A DNA stretch of 63,624 nucleotides, filler included, from Thermodesulfobacteriota bacterium (GTDB taxonomy: Bacteria > DASVDK01), in the NCBI GenBank assembly GCA_036381125.1. It is 4 parts of 4 records of this genome, joined end to end, with 100 filler letters (N's around TTAATTAATTAA, not from the genome) between each part and the next. Parts side by side here need not be neighbours in the genome. Positions count along the whole stretch, not along the records: positions 1 to 19,025 come from DASVDK010000324.1; 3 more parts are not named here. One strand, given 5' to 3'. Shown in pieces: positions 1 through 11,077 of the stretch; the stretch's first letter is position 1, and the number at the start of each line of letters is the position of its first letter. A program made the translations under genes and the position numbers. Below the pieces are notes generated by a model. The model ran no database searches. It was given only the letters and a program-made list of their open reading frames with translations, and was not told where the DNA came from.

Positions 1-537
1 GAGGCGATCGCCGCGGTGCACCGTTTCTCGCGCGGCACCCCGCGCGTCATCAATACCCTCTGCGACAACGCCATGCTCGAGGCCTTCCTGCTCAAGCGGC
101 GGGCGATCAACGAGCAGCTCATCGCGAGCGCGGCGCGCGACCTCGGGCTCGCCGACGGCCAGGCGGCGGCGCCGGCCGCGCCGCCGGCTCCCGCGCCGCG
201 GCCCGCCGCCGATCCGCTCGACCCGCGTCTCGGGACGCGGGCGGGAGCGCCCGGTCCCGCGGCGCGTCCGCTCGGGCCGGCCCCCTCGGCGCCTCGGCCG
301 GCCCCGGCGGCGCCTCGGCCGGCCCCGGCGGCGCCGCGGCCGGCAGCCGGGGGGGCCGCCGCCTCGGCTCTGCCGGGCGCGCCGCCCGCTTCGCAGCGAC
401 CGGCGGCGCCCGCATCGCCGGGGCCGGCGCCCCGGCCGCCCGCTCCCGCGGCGCCGCCCCGGCCGGCGGCTCCGGCCAGGCCTGCCGAGGGCTTCGAGGA
501 GTTCGACGACCTCCTCGCCGAGCTCGACAAGGCCTGA
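1..537 (+). CDS. ExeA/GspA-like AAA+ ATPase, C-terminal part (5' truncated), with Pro/Ala-rich linker and acidic tail
   Basis: Frame open from base 1: EAIAAVHRFSRGTPRVINTLCDNAMLEAF resembles the ExeA-family lid motif (G-x-PR-x-IN-x-LCD). Followed by PAAPRP repeats and EEFDDLLAELDKA*. Confidence 0.7.
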   Translation, partial: EAIAAVHRFSRGTPRVINTLCDNAMLEAFLLKRRAINEQLIASAARDLGLADGQAAAPAAPPAPAPRPAADPLDPRLGTRAGAPGPAARPLGPAPSAPRPAPAAPRPAPAAPRPAAGGAAASALPGAPPASQRPAAPASPGPAPRPPAPAAPPRPAAPARPAEGFEEFDDLLAELDKA

Positions 538-567
538 GCCCCCGCTACCGGCGGCCCGCCGCCGCCC

Positions 568-596
568 TTGACAGTTCCTGATCCGCCCAATAGCGT
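568..596 (+). promoter_or_regulatory. Putative sigma70 promoter of aceB
   Basis: TTGACA (568-573), 17 nt, TAGCGT (591-596), upstream of the aceB start. Confidence 0.55.
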
Positions 597-706
597 CGTA
601 GGAATACGCGCCGGCAGCCTGCGGGCGCCTGCCGGCTGCTCGCGCCACGACGTGCGGACGCGAACGAAGCGGTTCACCGATTCACCGAGAAGAGGGGGCC
701 ATCGAG

Positions 707-2308
<1,602 letters not shown>

Positions 2309-2399
2309 AGGAGCGGGGCGCCCGCTTCGCGGCGGGCGCCCTCGCCGCCGTCGGGACCCGCCAGGGCTCGGGCCGGCGGCGGCGGCGGTCGGCCGGGCG

Positions 2400-4310
2400 C
2401 TACGACTGGCGCACCATCTCGTCCCTGACCTGCTTCCAGGCCTGGCGCGCCTCCTCGACCGAGCCCTCGTCCTCGATGGTCGTGATGTCGCCGGGATCGC
2501 GGTCGAGCACCACCGCCTTGAGCACGCGGCGCATGATCTTGCCGCTGCGGGTCTTGGGCAGCATCCCGACGAAGTTGATCTCGCTGATGACCGCCACCGG
2601 GCCGAGCTCCCGGCGCACGGTTTCGGCCAGCTCGCGCCGGAGCTGCGGGGAGGGGGCCTGGCCCTGCTTGAGGAGGACGAACGCCGCGATCGTCTCGCCG
2701 CGCACCTCGTCCGGCCGCCCGGTCACGCCCGCCTCGGCGACGGCCGGGTGCTTGAGGAACGCGGTCTCGACCTCGATCGTGCCGATGCGGTGCGCGGCGA
2801 TCTTGATGATCTCGTCGGCCCGGCCGGCGAACCAGACGTAACCGTCCTCGTCGACGTGGGCCGCGTCGCCCGTGTAGTAGACGCCGGGGATCCGCTGCCA
2901 GTAGTCCGCGCCGTAGCGCGCGGCGTCGCCCCAGAGCGACGCGGTGAGCCCCGGGAAGGGCCGCTCGATCACCATGATCCCCTTCGTGCCGGGGGCGCAT
3001 CGCTCTCCCTCGGGCGTCATCACGGCGGCCTTGATGCCCGGCATGGGGATGCCGGCCGAGCCCGGCTTGATCGGGAGCATGGCGAGCCCGTACGGGTTGC
3101 CGAAGACCGGCCCCGCGGTCTCGGTCTGCCACATGTGGTCGATCACCGGCACGCGGTCGCGCAGGACCCGCTTCTGGAGCCACTCCCAGGCGGGGGCGTT
3201 CAGCGTCTCGCCGGCGCAGACGACCCGCTCGAGCGACCCGAGGTCGGCCTCGCGGGCCGGCTCCTCCCCGTAGCGCATGAGGAGCCGCACCGCGGTGGGG
3301 GAGGTGAAGACGCCGGTCACGCCGAACTCCTCGATGAGCCGCCAGACGGCGTCCGGACTCGGCTCGTCGATGGCCCCCTCGTAGGCGATCGTCGTGCAGC
3401 CGACGAGGAGCGGCGCGTAGACGAGGTAGCTGTGACCGACAACCCAGCCGATGTCGGAGATGGCCCACCAGACGTCGTCGGGACGCATGCCGAAGCACCA
3501 CCGCCCCATGCTCGCGATGTAGACCTGGTAGGGGCCGTGGCAGTGCACGGCCAGCTTCGGCCTGGCGGTCGTGCCCGACGTGGCGAGGATGTAGGCCGGC
3601 TCGTTGGATTCCATGGAGACCGCCTCGCCGCTCCGGCCCGCGCCGCGAGCGAGGAACGCGTTCCAGGCAAGGTCGCGCGGCGGCCGCATGGGGGGCCGGG
3701 TGGCGCTCCGCTCGAGGACCACGACGTGCTCGACCGCGTGGTCGCCGTCGTCGAGCGCCGCGTCGACGATCTCCTTGAGGCGCGTCTCCCTGCCCTTGCG
3801 CCACGTCGCATCGGCCGTGAGCACCAGGCGCGAGCCGCTCGCGCGGATGCGGTCGCCGAGGGCGCCGGCGCCGAAGCCGGCGAAGACGCAGGAGTGGATC
3901 GCCCCGATCCGGACGGTGGCCAGCATGGCGATCACCGACTCCGGACAGGTCGGCATGTAGATGGTCACCCGGTCGCCCGCGCGGATCCCGAGGCCCCGCA
4001 GCGCGGCTGCCGCCCGCTCCACCTCGTGGAGGAGCTGCGCGTAGCTCAGCACGCGGCGCTCGCCCCGCTCGTTGGCGTAGACCAGCGCGGCCTGCCCCCG
4101 CCGGCCGTGGGCGACGTGGTGGTCGAGGGCGTTCCACGCTAGGTTCGTCCGGGCCCCGAGGAACCACCTGAACGTGGGGGGCTCCCACTCGAAGACCCGG
4201 TCCCACCGCCGGAACCAGGGGAGCCCCTCGGCGGCCCGCCCCCAGAAGGCCTCGAAATCGGTCTCGGCGTCCTCGAGCCAGCGCCGGACCACGGGGTTGA
4301 TGATCTGCAT
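2400..4310 (-). CDS. acs: Acetate--CoA ligase (acetyl-CoA synthetase family)
   Basis: TSGTTARPK P-loop, DIGWVVGHSY, DHMWQTET, YYTGD, GRADE, PKTRSGKIMRR. Start chosen at MQIINP (ATG 4310) behind an AGGAGG RBS. Confidence 0.9.
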   Translation of the reverse strand: MQIINPVVRRWLEDAETDFEAFWGRAAEGLPWFRRWDRVFEWEPPTFRWFLGARTNLAWNALDHHVAHGRRGQAALVYANERGERRVLSYAQLLHEVERAAAALRGLGIRAGDRVTIYMPTCPESVIAMLATVRIGAIHSCVFAGFGAGALGDRIRASGSRLVLTADATWRKGRETRLKEIVDAALDDGDHAVEHVVVLERSATRPPMRPPRDLAWNAFLARGAGRSGEAVSMESNEPAYILATSGTTARPKLAVHCHGPYQVYIASMGRWCFGMRPDDVWWAISDIGWVVGHSYLVYAPLLVGCTTIAYEGAIDEPSPDAVWRLIEEFGVTGVFTSPTAVRLLMRYGEEPAREADLGSLERVVCAGETLNAPAWEWLQKRVLRDRVPVIDHMWQTETAGPVFGNPYGLAMLPIKPGSAGIPMPGIKAAVMTPEGERCAPGTKGIMVIERPFPGLTASLWGDAARYGADYWQRIPGVYYTGDAAHVDEDGYVWFAGRADEIIKIAAHRIGTIEVETAFLKHPAVAEAGVTGRPDEVRGETIAAFVLLKQGQAPSPQLRRELAETVRRELGPVAVISEINFVGMLPKTRSGKIMRRVLKAVVLDRDPGDITTIEDEGSVEEARQAWKQVRDEMVRQS

Positions 4311-4394
4311 GCGCCCCTCCTTTCCCGGCAGCATCGCCGAAACGACGTTTGATTTCCAGCGGAATCGCGCGGGGGCGTGGGCTAGGATGACGGC

Positions 4395-4607
4395 GTGGGT
4401 GAGACCGCGCGGCTTCGGTTCGTCGAGGCTCGGGACGGCCGGGAGGCGGCCTGCGCGTTCGCGCGGGCGACGCTGGCGGCCTACCGGTCGGTGCTCCTCG
4501 ACCGGGGGGCCAGACGTGTGCTGACGCTCTACCGCAGGCCGCTCGTCGAGTCGGTCGTCGTCCTGCGGCGCTACGTCGCGGGCTGCCCGAAGGCGACCGG
4601 GGAGTGA
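4395..4607 (+). CDS. Small hypothetical protein (70 aa), divergent from acs
   Basis: GTG start 6 nt after TAGGAT (-10-like, 4383-4388); GC3-biased, helical-looking sequence ETARLRFVEARDGREAACAFARATLAAYR. Confidence 0.6.
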   Translation: MGETARLRFVEARDGREAACAFARATLAAYRSVLLDRGARRVLTLYRRPLVESVVVLRRYVAGCPKATGE

Positions 4608-4646
4608 CGGGGCGCGCCCTCGTCGGCGGCGAGATGCCCGCGCCGT

Positions 4647-6458
4647 TCATCGGCCCGATGCCGACGCCGGAGGACGAGGGCCGCACGCGCACGCAGCGGC
4701 TCTGATCGGCCCTGCCGGCCTCTCGATCCGCGAGCCGGCCGCGCTCCGCCGCGCCGCGGGGCCTCGGCGGCCCCCTCGGCCGCCGGCTCGTCCCGGGAGG
4801 TCCGCCTCCGGGATGTAGTAGAGCCAGATCGACGTGCCGACGATCGCCACGGGCCTGTGCGCGTCGAGCCAGCCGTACCCCGCTCGACCGCGGAGCTTCG
4901 TGACGCTGATGGCGACCCAGCCGGTGGTCGGGCGATAGGGCTCGAGCTTCCGCACGGGGGGAAGACCGTGGCGCGCGGGATCGGCCGAGCCGAAGTAGGC
5001 GAGCGACAGCCGCGTCACGCCGCGCTCGCGCAGGGCGCTCGCGAGCTGCTTCAGGTCCTGCCCCCAGTCGAGGTCGCTGTCGACGAGGATTCGGTCCGGG
5101 GTGCCCGCCGCGAGCTCGTTGAAGTAGGCCAGGTAGTGCGGGTGTGCGAGGCTCGTGGAGAGGACGTGCCAGCCCAGGAGCAGCGCGACCGCCGGCCGGG
5201 CGGTCCTCGCGGCGCCCGACGCCCAGAGACGGATGACGCCGTGGCCCGCCACCATCGCCAGCAAGGCGAGGAGCGGCAGCACGTGCCGCACGCCGATGTT
5301 GACGTGGCTCGGCAGGGACGCCAGGAGGATGCCGCACGCCGCCGCCGCGGGGACGAGCCGACCGCCGTCGGCGTCGCGTCGCAGCGCCGCGGCGAGGCAC
5401 GCGAGGCCGACGCCGGCGAGGATCAGGAACGGCAGCGGCGACTTCACGGCGACGGCGACGGGGAAGAAGTACCAGACGGACTGGTTGCGCAGCCGCTCGC
5501 CGAGGAGGTAGCTGGCGTTGCCCCCGGCCTGCTTGCGGCGGAGCAACTCGATCCCCTCGACGAGTCGCGGCGCCGGCAGGGTCCGGCCGTCGACCGCGCG
5601 GCGGGCCGAGGCCACGAGGCCGAGCCCGTCCGCCTGCCGGCCCGCCTCGCGTCGCTCGCCGTCGGTGAGGACCGAAACCCTTCCGACCTCGAACCGATAC
5701 CCGGCCCAGACCACGAGGGAGGCAGCGGCCAGGCAGGCTGCGGCCGAGCCGAGCCGGCTGCGGGCGGTCCCGTCCCCCGACCGCCGCCACCGCGCGGCGA
5801 TCACGAGCAGCGCCGAGACCGGGAGGAACACGAGCGCCGAGAGCTTCGTGAGCACCGCCAGGCCCGAGGCGAGCCCGAGCCATGCGCCGCGCGCGACGCT
5901 CGGCCGGACGAGCCAGGCGTCGAAGGCGTACAGGGCTGCGACGAGCGTCGCCACGAGGGCCATGTCGGTCGTGGCCACGCCCGCGTGGCCGAGGATCGGC
6001 GGGAGCGTCGTGAAGAGACCGAGGGCGACGAGCGCGGCCGCGTCGCCGTAGAGGGCCCGCGCCCACGCCCAGGTGAGCCAGGCGGCGACCACGAAGAAGG
6101 GGAGGATCCCGAGCCGGGCCATCGCGAGGTTTCGCTCGTACGAGCCGTGCGCGTACAGCAGCGCGTTGCCCTCGCGCCACATGTTGGCCTCGCCCGTCGA
6201 TCGCACGCCGCTCAGGCGGGGGCCGATCGCGACGGCGACGCGCGCGAGCGGCGGGTGCAGCGCCTCGTAGGCGTAGCGGCCGCGATCGAGCCACTCCATC
6301 CCCGCGGCGAGGTGGGCCGGTTCGTCGAAGGTCTGGTTGAAGACCGGGTACGTGGCGACGATGCGGGCGGTGGCCAGACCGACGAGCGCGAGCGCGAGCA
6401 GCCTGCCGTGCGCCGTGGTCGCCTCCGGCTCTGCCGCCCTCGTCGGGTTCCCGGGCAC
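4647..6458 (-). CDS. GT-C fold membrane glycosyltransferase (PMT/ArnT, GT39-like)
   Basis: N-terminal TM, TFDEPAH acidic loop motif, HPPL, many TMs, TK(L)SAL, IGVRHVLP, YLAYFNE, DSDLDWGQD. Start approximate. Confidence 0.8.
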   Translation of the reverse strand: MPGNPTRAAEPEATTAHGRLLALALVGLATARIVATYPVFNQTFDEPAHLAAGMEWLDRGRYAYEALHPPLARVAVAIGPRLSGVRSTGEANMWREGNALLYAHGSYERNLAMARLGILPFFVVAAWLTWAWARALYGDAAALVALGLFTTLPPILGHAGVATTDMALVATLVAALYAFDAWLVRPSVARGAWLGLASGLAVLTKLSALVFLPVSALLVIAARWRRSGDGTARSRLGSAAACLAAASLVVWAGYRFEVGRVSVLTDGERREAGRQADGLGLVASARRAVDGRTLPAPRLVEGIELLRRKQAGGNASYLLGERLRNQSVWYFFPVAVAVKSPLPFLILAGVGLACLAAALRRDADGGRLVPAAAACGILLASLPSHVNIGVRHVLPLLALLAMVAGHGVIRLWASGAARTARPAVALLLGWHVLSTSLAHPHYLAYFNELAAGTPDRILVDSDLDWGQDLKQLASALRERGVTRLSLAYFGSADPARHGLPPVRKLEPYRPTTGWVAISVTKLRGRAGYGWLDAHRPVAIVGTSIWLYYIPEADLPGRAGGRGGRRGPAARRSAAGSRIERPAGPIRAAACACGPRPPASASGR

Positions 6459-6542
6459 CCCGGGCCTCGCTGCAAGAGCCGTGCGGCCGTGCCGCGACGA
6501 CTGACCCGCGGCAAGCCGGCGGCCCTCGCACCGGGGCGTACG

Positions 6543-6570
6543 TTGACAGGCCGGGGGCCGGCGTTATACT
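6543..6570 (+). promoter_or_regulatory. Sigma70 promoter of tRNA-Gly
   Basis: TTGACA (6543-6548), 16 nt, TATACT (6565-6570), 13 nt before the tRNA 5' end. Confidence 0.75.
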
Positions 6571-6583
6571 TACCCTCGATTTC

Positions 6584-6658
6584 GCGGGCGTAATTCAGTG
6601 GTAGAATGTCAGCTTCCCAAGCTGAACGTCGCCGGTTCGATCCCGGTCGCCCGCTCCA
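6584..6658 (+). tRNA. tRNA-Gly (anticodon CCC)
   Basis: Cloverleaf: acceptor GCGGGCG/CGCCCGC, D arm ATTC/GAAT, anticodon arm TCAGC-TTCCCAA-GCTGA, T loop TTCGATC, encoded CCA end. Confidence 0.97.
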
Positions 6659-6903
6659 TCATCCGCGGAGCGGCTCCCGCGCCGAGGCGAGCACACCGCC
6701 GAAACGGCGGCCCCCCTCGAGGCGAGGCAAGGCCGCGCCGCTCGCAACCGTCGCCAGCGGGGCCGCACCAGGGTGGGATTCCGAGGCGGCGGGACACGAG
6801 GCTGTCCTTCCTGTCGTGTACGCGGGGCCTGCCCTGAGGCGGGCCCCGCGTTCGCGTTTCGGGACCGGAATCGGTCCGTCGTCGTGCCGGTGATCGAGGC
6901 GCC

Positions 6904-7590
6904 TCAGGTCTTCGGCGGCTCGATGCTCGCCCGGGTCCCCGCGGGCGGCACGGCGCGCAGCGCCTCCAGGGCGGCGAAGTGCGAGCCGAGAGCCCTCGTG
7001 TAGCCGGTCTCTCGCACGAGCGCGAACTCGGGGTCGCGGCGGCGCGCCGCGGCGATCACCTCCCGGTGCGCCTGGGCCGCCGCGTCGAGCATCGACAGGG
7101 TGGCGAAGTGCGCGCTCGCCAGGGGACCCGGCACCGGCAGGGCGGCGAGCTTCTCGCGCTCGGCCTCGTGGGCGCGGGCCGTGCGCGCGAGCATCCGCAG
7201 GAGCGCCGGGGTCGCGCGTCGCCCGGGCCGTGTCGGGGTCGGCCGGTACCGGTCGAGGATGGCGGAGGCGTACCGCTCGCGGCGGAGGAAGGCGCCGTGC
7301 GCCTCGAGCAGCCTGACCCGGGCGGCGTCGAGGGCCGGCGAGGCCTCGACCGGTTGCGGCGCCTGCCCGACACCGGACCGGGGCGGGGCGGCGAAGATGG
7401 CGGCGCGGCCTTCGGCCTCGCGCGGATCGAAGGCCGGGTAGTCCCTCGGCGCGACCGCCGCGGTCCCGACCAGCCCGATCACGACGCCGGCCGGCAGGGC
7501 GAGCCCGGCCGCGACGCTCACCATCAGCAGGGTCAACACCCGTTGCGCCGGTTCCACCGCACCCCCGCCGTTGCCGGCGCCGACCGACAC
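6904..7590 (-). CDS. Hypothetical membrane-anchored or exported protein
   Basis: N-terminal hydrophobic stretch (VLTLLMVSVAAGLALPAGVVIGLVG) then helical soluble region; codon bias fits coding. Start uncertain. Confidence 0.55.
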   Translation of the reverse strand: MSVGAGNGGGAVEPAQRVLTLLMVSVAAGLALPAGVVIGLVGTAAVAPRDYPAFDPREAEGRAAIFAAPPRSGVGQAPQPVEASPALDAARVRLLEAHGAFLRRERYASAILDRYRPTPTRPGRRATPALLRMLARTARAHEAEREKLAALPVPGPLASAHFATLSMLDAAAQAHREVIAAARRRDPEFALVRETGYTRALGSHFAALEALRAVPPAGTRASIEPPKT

Positions 7591-7680
7591 GCCGGAAAGA
7601 CGAGGAGATGAGGCAAGAGCCGGGCCCGGACTCCGGTACCCCCTCGTGCCCGCACGGGGGCCGGTGCCGCGCGTCCAGGC

Positions 7681-8925
7681 TCAGGACGCGCGGCGGCCGG
7701 TTGGCTGGACCTCGGCCGCACGGGCGGCGGCGGCCCGCACGGCGCCGAGGGCGCGCGCCGGCTCGGCCCGGTGGACGTGCACGCGCCGCGCGCCGACGAA
7801 CGCCGCCAGGTCGGCCAGGGCCCGTCCCATCGCCTCGGCCGTACCGGCCGGGCAGCCGGGCTCGAGGTGGATCGCCGCCGCGACGAGCGTCCCGTCGGCC
7901 CGCTCGTGCTTCACGTCCGCCCGGCCGACCAGGCGACCGTCGACGAGGAGGGGCAGGACGTAGTAGCCGTACCGCCGCTTCGCTTCCGGCGTGTAGATCT
8001 CGATCGCGAAGTCGAAGCCGAAGAGGCGCGCCGTGCGATCGCGCGTCCAGACGAGCGAGTCGAAGGGGGAGAGGAGCACCGGCGGGTGGCGCGGCCGCCT
8101 CGGCCGGACTGCGAACGCCTCGGCCGGGAGGTAGGCCGGCTGGCGCCACCCCTCGACCCGCGCCGGCACGAGGCGTCCCGCCTCGACCAGGGCCGCGAGC
8201 GCCGGCTTCGTGTCGTGCGGCGGGAGGCGAAAGTAGTCGGCGAGGTCTCGCGCGGTCGCGACGCCGAGGGCAGCCGCCGCGCGCGCCACGAGGTGCGCCG
8301 CCGACTCGGCCGCCGACGGCGGCCGCGTGTCGACGTCGGGGGGCAGGACCCGCTCGGCAAGGTCGTAGACGCGCTGGAAGCCGTGCCGGCGATCGGCCAC
8401 CATGAGGAGACCCTGGTCGAAGAGGTCCTCGAGGACGAGCTTGGCCGGCTTCCAGTCCCACCAGGAGCCCCGCCCCTTGCGCTCGTCCTCGAACGCGGCC
8501 GCGGTGAGCGGACCCTCGTCGCGGATCCGCGCGAGGATCGGCGCGGCCAGGTGGCCGTACCGCTCGCGGACCTCGGCCCACCAGCCGCGCGGTCGCTCGC
8601 GGCGCGCGAACATGCGCGGCAGGAACCAGCGGTACTCGGCCATCGGCAGCCACGAGGCGGCGTGGCCCCAGTACTCGAAGACGGCGCGTCGCCGGTAGGC
8701 GACCCGGTGGAGGTCGGCGGGTCGATACGCGCCGAGGCGCGAGTAGACGGCCAGTTCGTGGCTGCGAGCCACGACGTTCACCGAGTCGAGCTGCACGGCG
8801 CCGAGCCGGACGAGCAACGCGGCCAGGCGGCCCGGTCCGGGCCTGGCGGGCCGACGGTCGAAGCCCTGCGCGGCGAGGGCAAGGGCGCGCGCGTCGTCGA
8901 GCGAGAGGGAGACGGGCGAGGGCAT
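7681..8925 (-). CDS. ycaQ: YcaQ/AlkZ-family (HTH_42) interstrand-crosslink DNA glycosylase
   Basis: VQLDSVNVVARSHEL (QxD motif), FEYWGHAAS, WWDWKPAK, LLSPFDSLVW, EIYTPEAKRRYGYYVLP. Confidence 0.88.
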   Translation of the reverse strand: MPSPVSLSLDDARALALAAQGFDRRPARPGPGRLAALLVRLGAVQLDSVNVVARSHELAVYSRLGAYRPADLHRVAYRRRAVFEYWGHAASWLPMAEYRWFLPRMFARRERPRGWWAEVRERYGHLAAPILARIRDEGPLTAAAFEDERKGRGSWWDWKPAKLVLEDLFDQGLLMVADRRHGFQRVYDLAERVLPPDVDTRPPSAAESAAHLVARAAAALGVATARDLADYFRLPPHDTKPALAALVEAGRLVPARVEGWRQPAYLPAEAFAVRPRRPRHPPVLLSPFDSLVWTRDRTARLFGFDFAIEIYTPEAKRRYGYYVLPLLVDGRLVGRADVKHERADGTLVAAAIHLEPGCPAGTAEAMGRALADLAAFVGARRVHVHRAEPARALGAVRAAAARAAEVQPTGRRAS

Positions 8926-8978
8926 CGGGGCGATTCTAGCCGACCGTCCGACTCCGCACCCGGTTCGTCGAGGAGACC

Positions 8979-10316
8979 ATGGGAAGCGTCTACGTCGAGA
9001 TCGTGACTGTCCTGGTGCTCATCGTCCTGAACGGCGTCTTCGCGATGTCGGAGATGGCGCTCGTCGCGGCGCGGCGCTCGCGCCTCGAGGCGCTGGCGGA
9101 GTCGGGCAGCCGTCCGGCTCGCGCCGCGCTCGGCCTTGCCGCCGACCCGGGGCGGTTCCTCTCCACCGTCCAGATCGGCATCACCCTCGTCGGCATCCTC
9201 GCCGGCGCCGTGTCCGGCGCCACCATCGCCGACCGATTCGGCGACTACCTCGACACGTTTCCCGCCCTGAGGCCCTACGGCGACACGATCGCCATCGGGC
9301 TCGTGGTCGCCGCGACGACCTATCTCTCGCTGATCGTGGGCGAGCTGGTGCCCAAGCAGATTGCCCTCGGGCGGCCCGAGGCGATCGCGATGGCCACCGC
9401 ACGGCCCATGGGGCGCCTCTCCCGGGTGGCGGGCCCCCTCGTCACGCTGCTCGACGTGTCGACCGAGGCGGTGCTGCGCGTCCTGCGGATCGAGCGCAGG
9501 CCCGAGGAGGCGGTGACCGAGGAGGAGATCCGCACCCTCATCACCCAGGGGACGCGGGCCGGCGTGCTGCAGCCCGCCGAGCGGGACATGCTCGAGGGGG
9601 TCATGCGTCTCGCCGACCGCCCCGTCCGCACCATCATGACGCCGCGGCCCGAGGTCGTCTGGATCGATCTCGCCGACAGTCCCGCCGAGGTGCGGCGCAA
9701 GGTGCTCGGGGCCAGCGTCTCGCGCTTTCCGCTGGTCAACGGCCGCCTCGACGAGGTCGTCGGCATCGTGGAGGCGCGCGACGTCCTCGCGCGCGGCGAG
9801 CCGGCCGGCGCGGACCTGCGCGCGGTGATGCGGCCGGTCCTCGCGGTCCACGAGGGGACCCCGGCCCTCCGCGTCCTCGAGCGGTTCCGGAGCGCGTCGA
9901 CGACGCTCGCCCTCGTGGTCGACGAGTTCGGCGGCGTCGAGGGGGTGGTCACCGCCAGCGACGTCCTCGAGGCGATCGTCGGCGAGCTGCCGGAGGCCGG
10001 GCGCGAGGCCGGGCCGAGGGCGGTCGATCGCGGCGACGGCTCGTGGCTCGTCGACGGGCTCATGCCGGTGGACGAGGTCCGCGAACGCGTGCCCGGCATC
10101 GTGCTGCCGGAGGCGCGCGGCTACTCGACGCTCGCCGGGTTCGTCCTCGCCCAGCTCGGCCACATCCCGCGCCCCGGCGAGGCGTTCACCCACGGGGGCT
10201 TTCGGTTCGAGGTCGTCGACATGGACGGCCGGCGGGTCGACGTGGTCCTGATCTCGCCGTTGGCCCCGGCCGGGCAGGCGGCGGGCGACGACGGGGAGAG
10301 GGAGGTGGAGCGATGA
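8979..10316 (+). CDS. HlyC/CorC (CNNM-CBS-CorC) family membrane transporter
   Basis: NGVFAMSEMALV, FLSTVQIGIT, GELVPK, MTPR, VVDEFGG, C-terminal CorC domain (YSTLAGF, FEVVDMDGRRVD). Confidence 0.93.
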   Translation: MGSVYVEIVTVLVLIVLNGVFAMSEMALVAARRSRLEALAESGSRPARAALGLAADPGRFLSTVQIGITLVGILAGAVSGATIADRFGDYLDTFPALRPYGDTIAIGLVVAATTYLSLIVGELVPKQIALGRPEAIAMATARPMGRLSRVAGPLVTLLDVSTEAVLRVLRIERRPEEAVTEEEIRTLITQGTRAGVLQPAERDMLEGVMRLADRPVRTIMTPRPEVVWIDLADSPAEVRRKVLGASVSRFPLVNGRLDEVVGIVEARDVLARGEPAGADLRAVMRPVLAVHEGTPALRVLERFRSASTTLALVVDEFGGVEGVVTASDVLEAIVGELPEAGREAGPRAVDRGDGSWLVDGLMPVDEVRERVPGIVLPEARGYSTLAGFVLAQLGHIPRPGEAFTHGGFRFEVVDMDGRRVDVVLISPLAPAGQAAGDDGEREVER

Positions 10317-11077
10317 GACGGCTCGACGGGCGGGTGGCGATCGTCACGGGCGCGGCATCGGGCATCGGCCGGGCGACCGCGCGGCGCTTCGCGGCGGAGG
10401 GCGCGTTCGTCGTCGTCGCCGACATCGACGAGGCGGCGGCGGCCGAGACGGTGCGGCTGGTCGAGGGCGAGGGGGGCCGCGCGGCGGCGGCCCGGACCGA
10501 CGTGACGCAACGCGCCGACGTCGACCGCCTGATCGCCGGGACCGCCGAGCGCCACGGCCGCCTCGACGTCCTGGTCAACAACGCCGGCTACCCGCAGGGG
10601 CCGACCCCCGTCGAGGCGGTCACCGACGACCACTACGACCGGGTCATGGCCGTCAACGTGCGCGGCGTCTGGCTCGGCTGCCAGGCGGCGGTGCCGATCA
10701 TGAAGGCGCAGCGGCGCGGGGTGATCCTCTCGGTCACCTCCACCGCGGGCATCCGCGTTCGGCCAGGCTTCAACGCCTACGCGATGGCCAAGGGCGCGGT
10801 GAACACGCTCACGAAGTCGCTCGCCATCGAGCTGGCGCCCTGGGGGATCCGCGTGAACGCCATCGCCCCGGTCGCCACCGACACGCCGATGCTGCGCGAC
10901 TTCATCGGCCGGCAGCGGGACGAGGCCGAGGGGCGCCGGGCGTTCCTGGCCTCGATCCCCCTCGGACGGCTCAACACGCCCGAGGACAACGCCGCGGCGC
11001 TCGCCTACCTCGCCTCCGACGACGCCGCCATGGTGACCGGCACCATCCTCGAGGTGGACGGGGGGAGGGACATCTAG
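10313..11077 (+). CDS. Short-chain dehydrogenase/reductase (FabG-like)
   Basis: ATG at 10313 overlaps upstream stop (ATGA); TGAASGIG, NNAG, YAMAK (YxxxK), IRVNAIAP, VDGG. Confidence 0.92.
   Translation: MRRLDGRVAIVTGAASGIGRATARRFAAEGAFVVVADIDEAAAAETVRLVEGEGGRAAAARTDVTQRADVDRLIAGTAERHGRLDVLVNNAGYPQGPTPVEAVTDDHYDRVMAVNVRGVWLGCQAAVPIMKAQRRGVILSVTSTAGIRVRPGFNAYAMAKGAVNTLTKSLAIELAPWGIRVNAIAPVATDTPMLRDFIGRQRDEAEGRRAFLASIPLGRLNTPEDNAAALAYLASDDAAMVTGTILEVDGGRDI

Noticed and set aside
6598..6893. Short ORFs overlapping the tRNA (MVECQLPKLNVAGSIP and antisense)
   Set aside because: Typical spurious translations of a tRNA gene.
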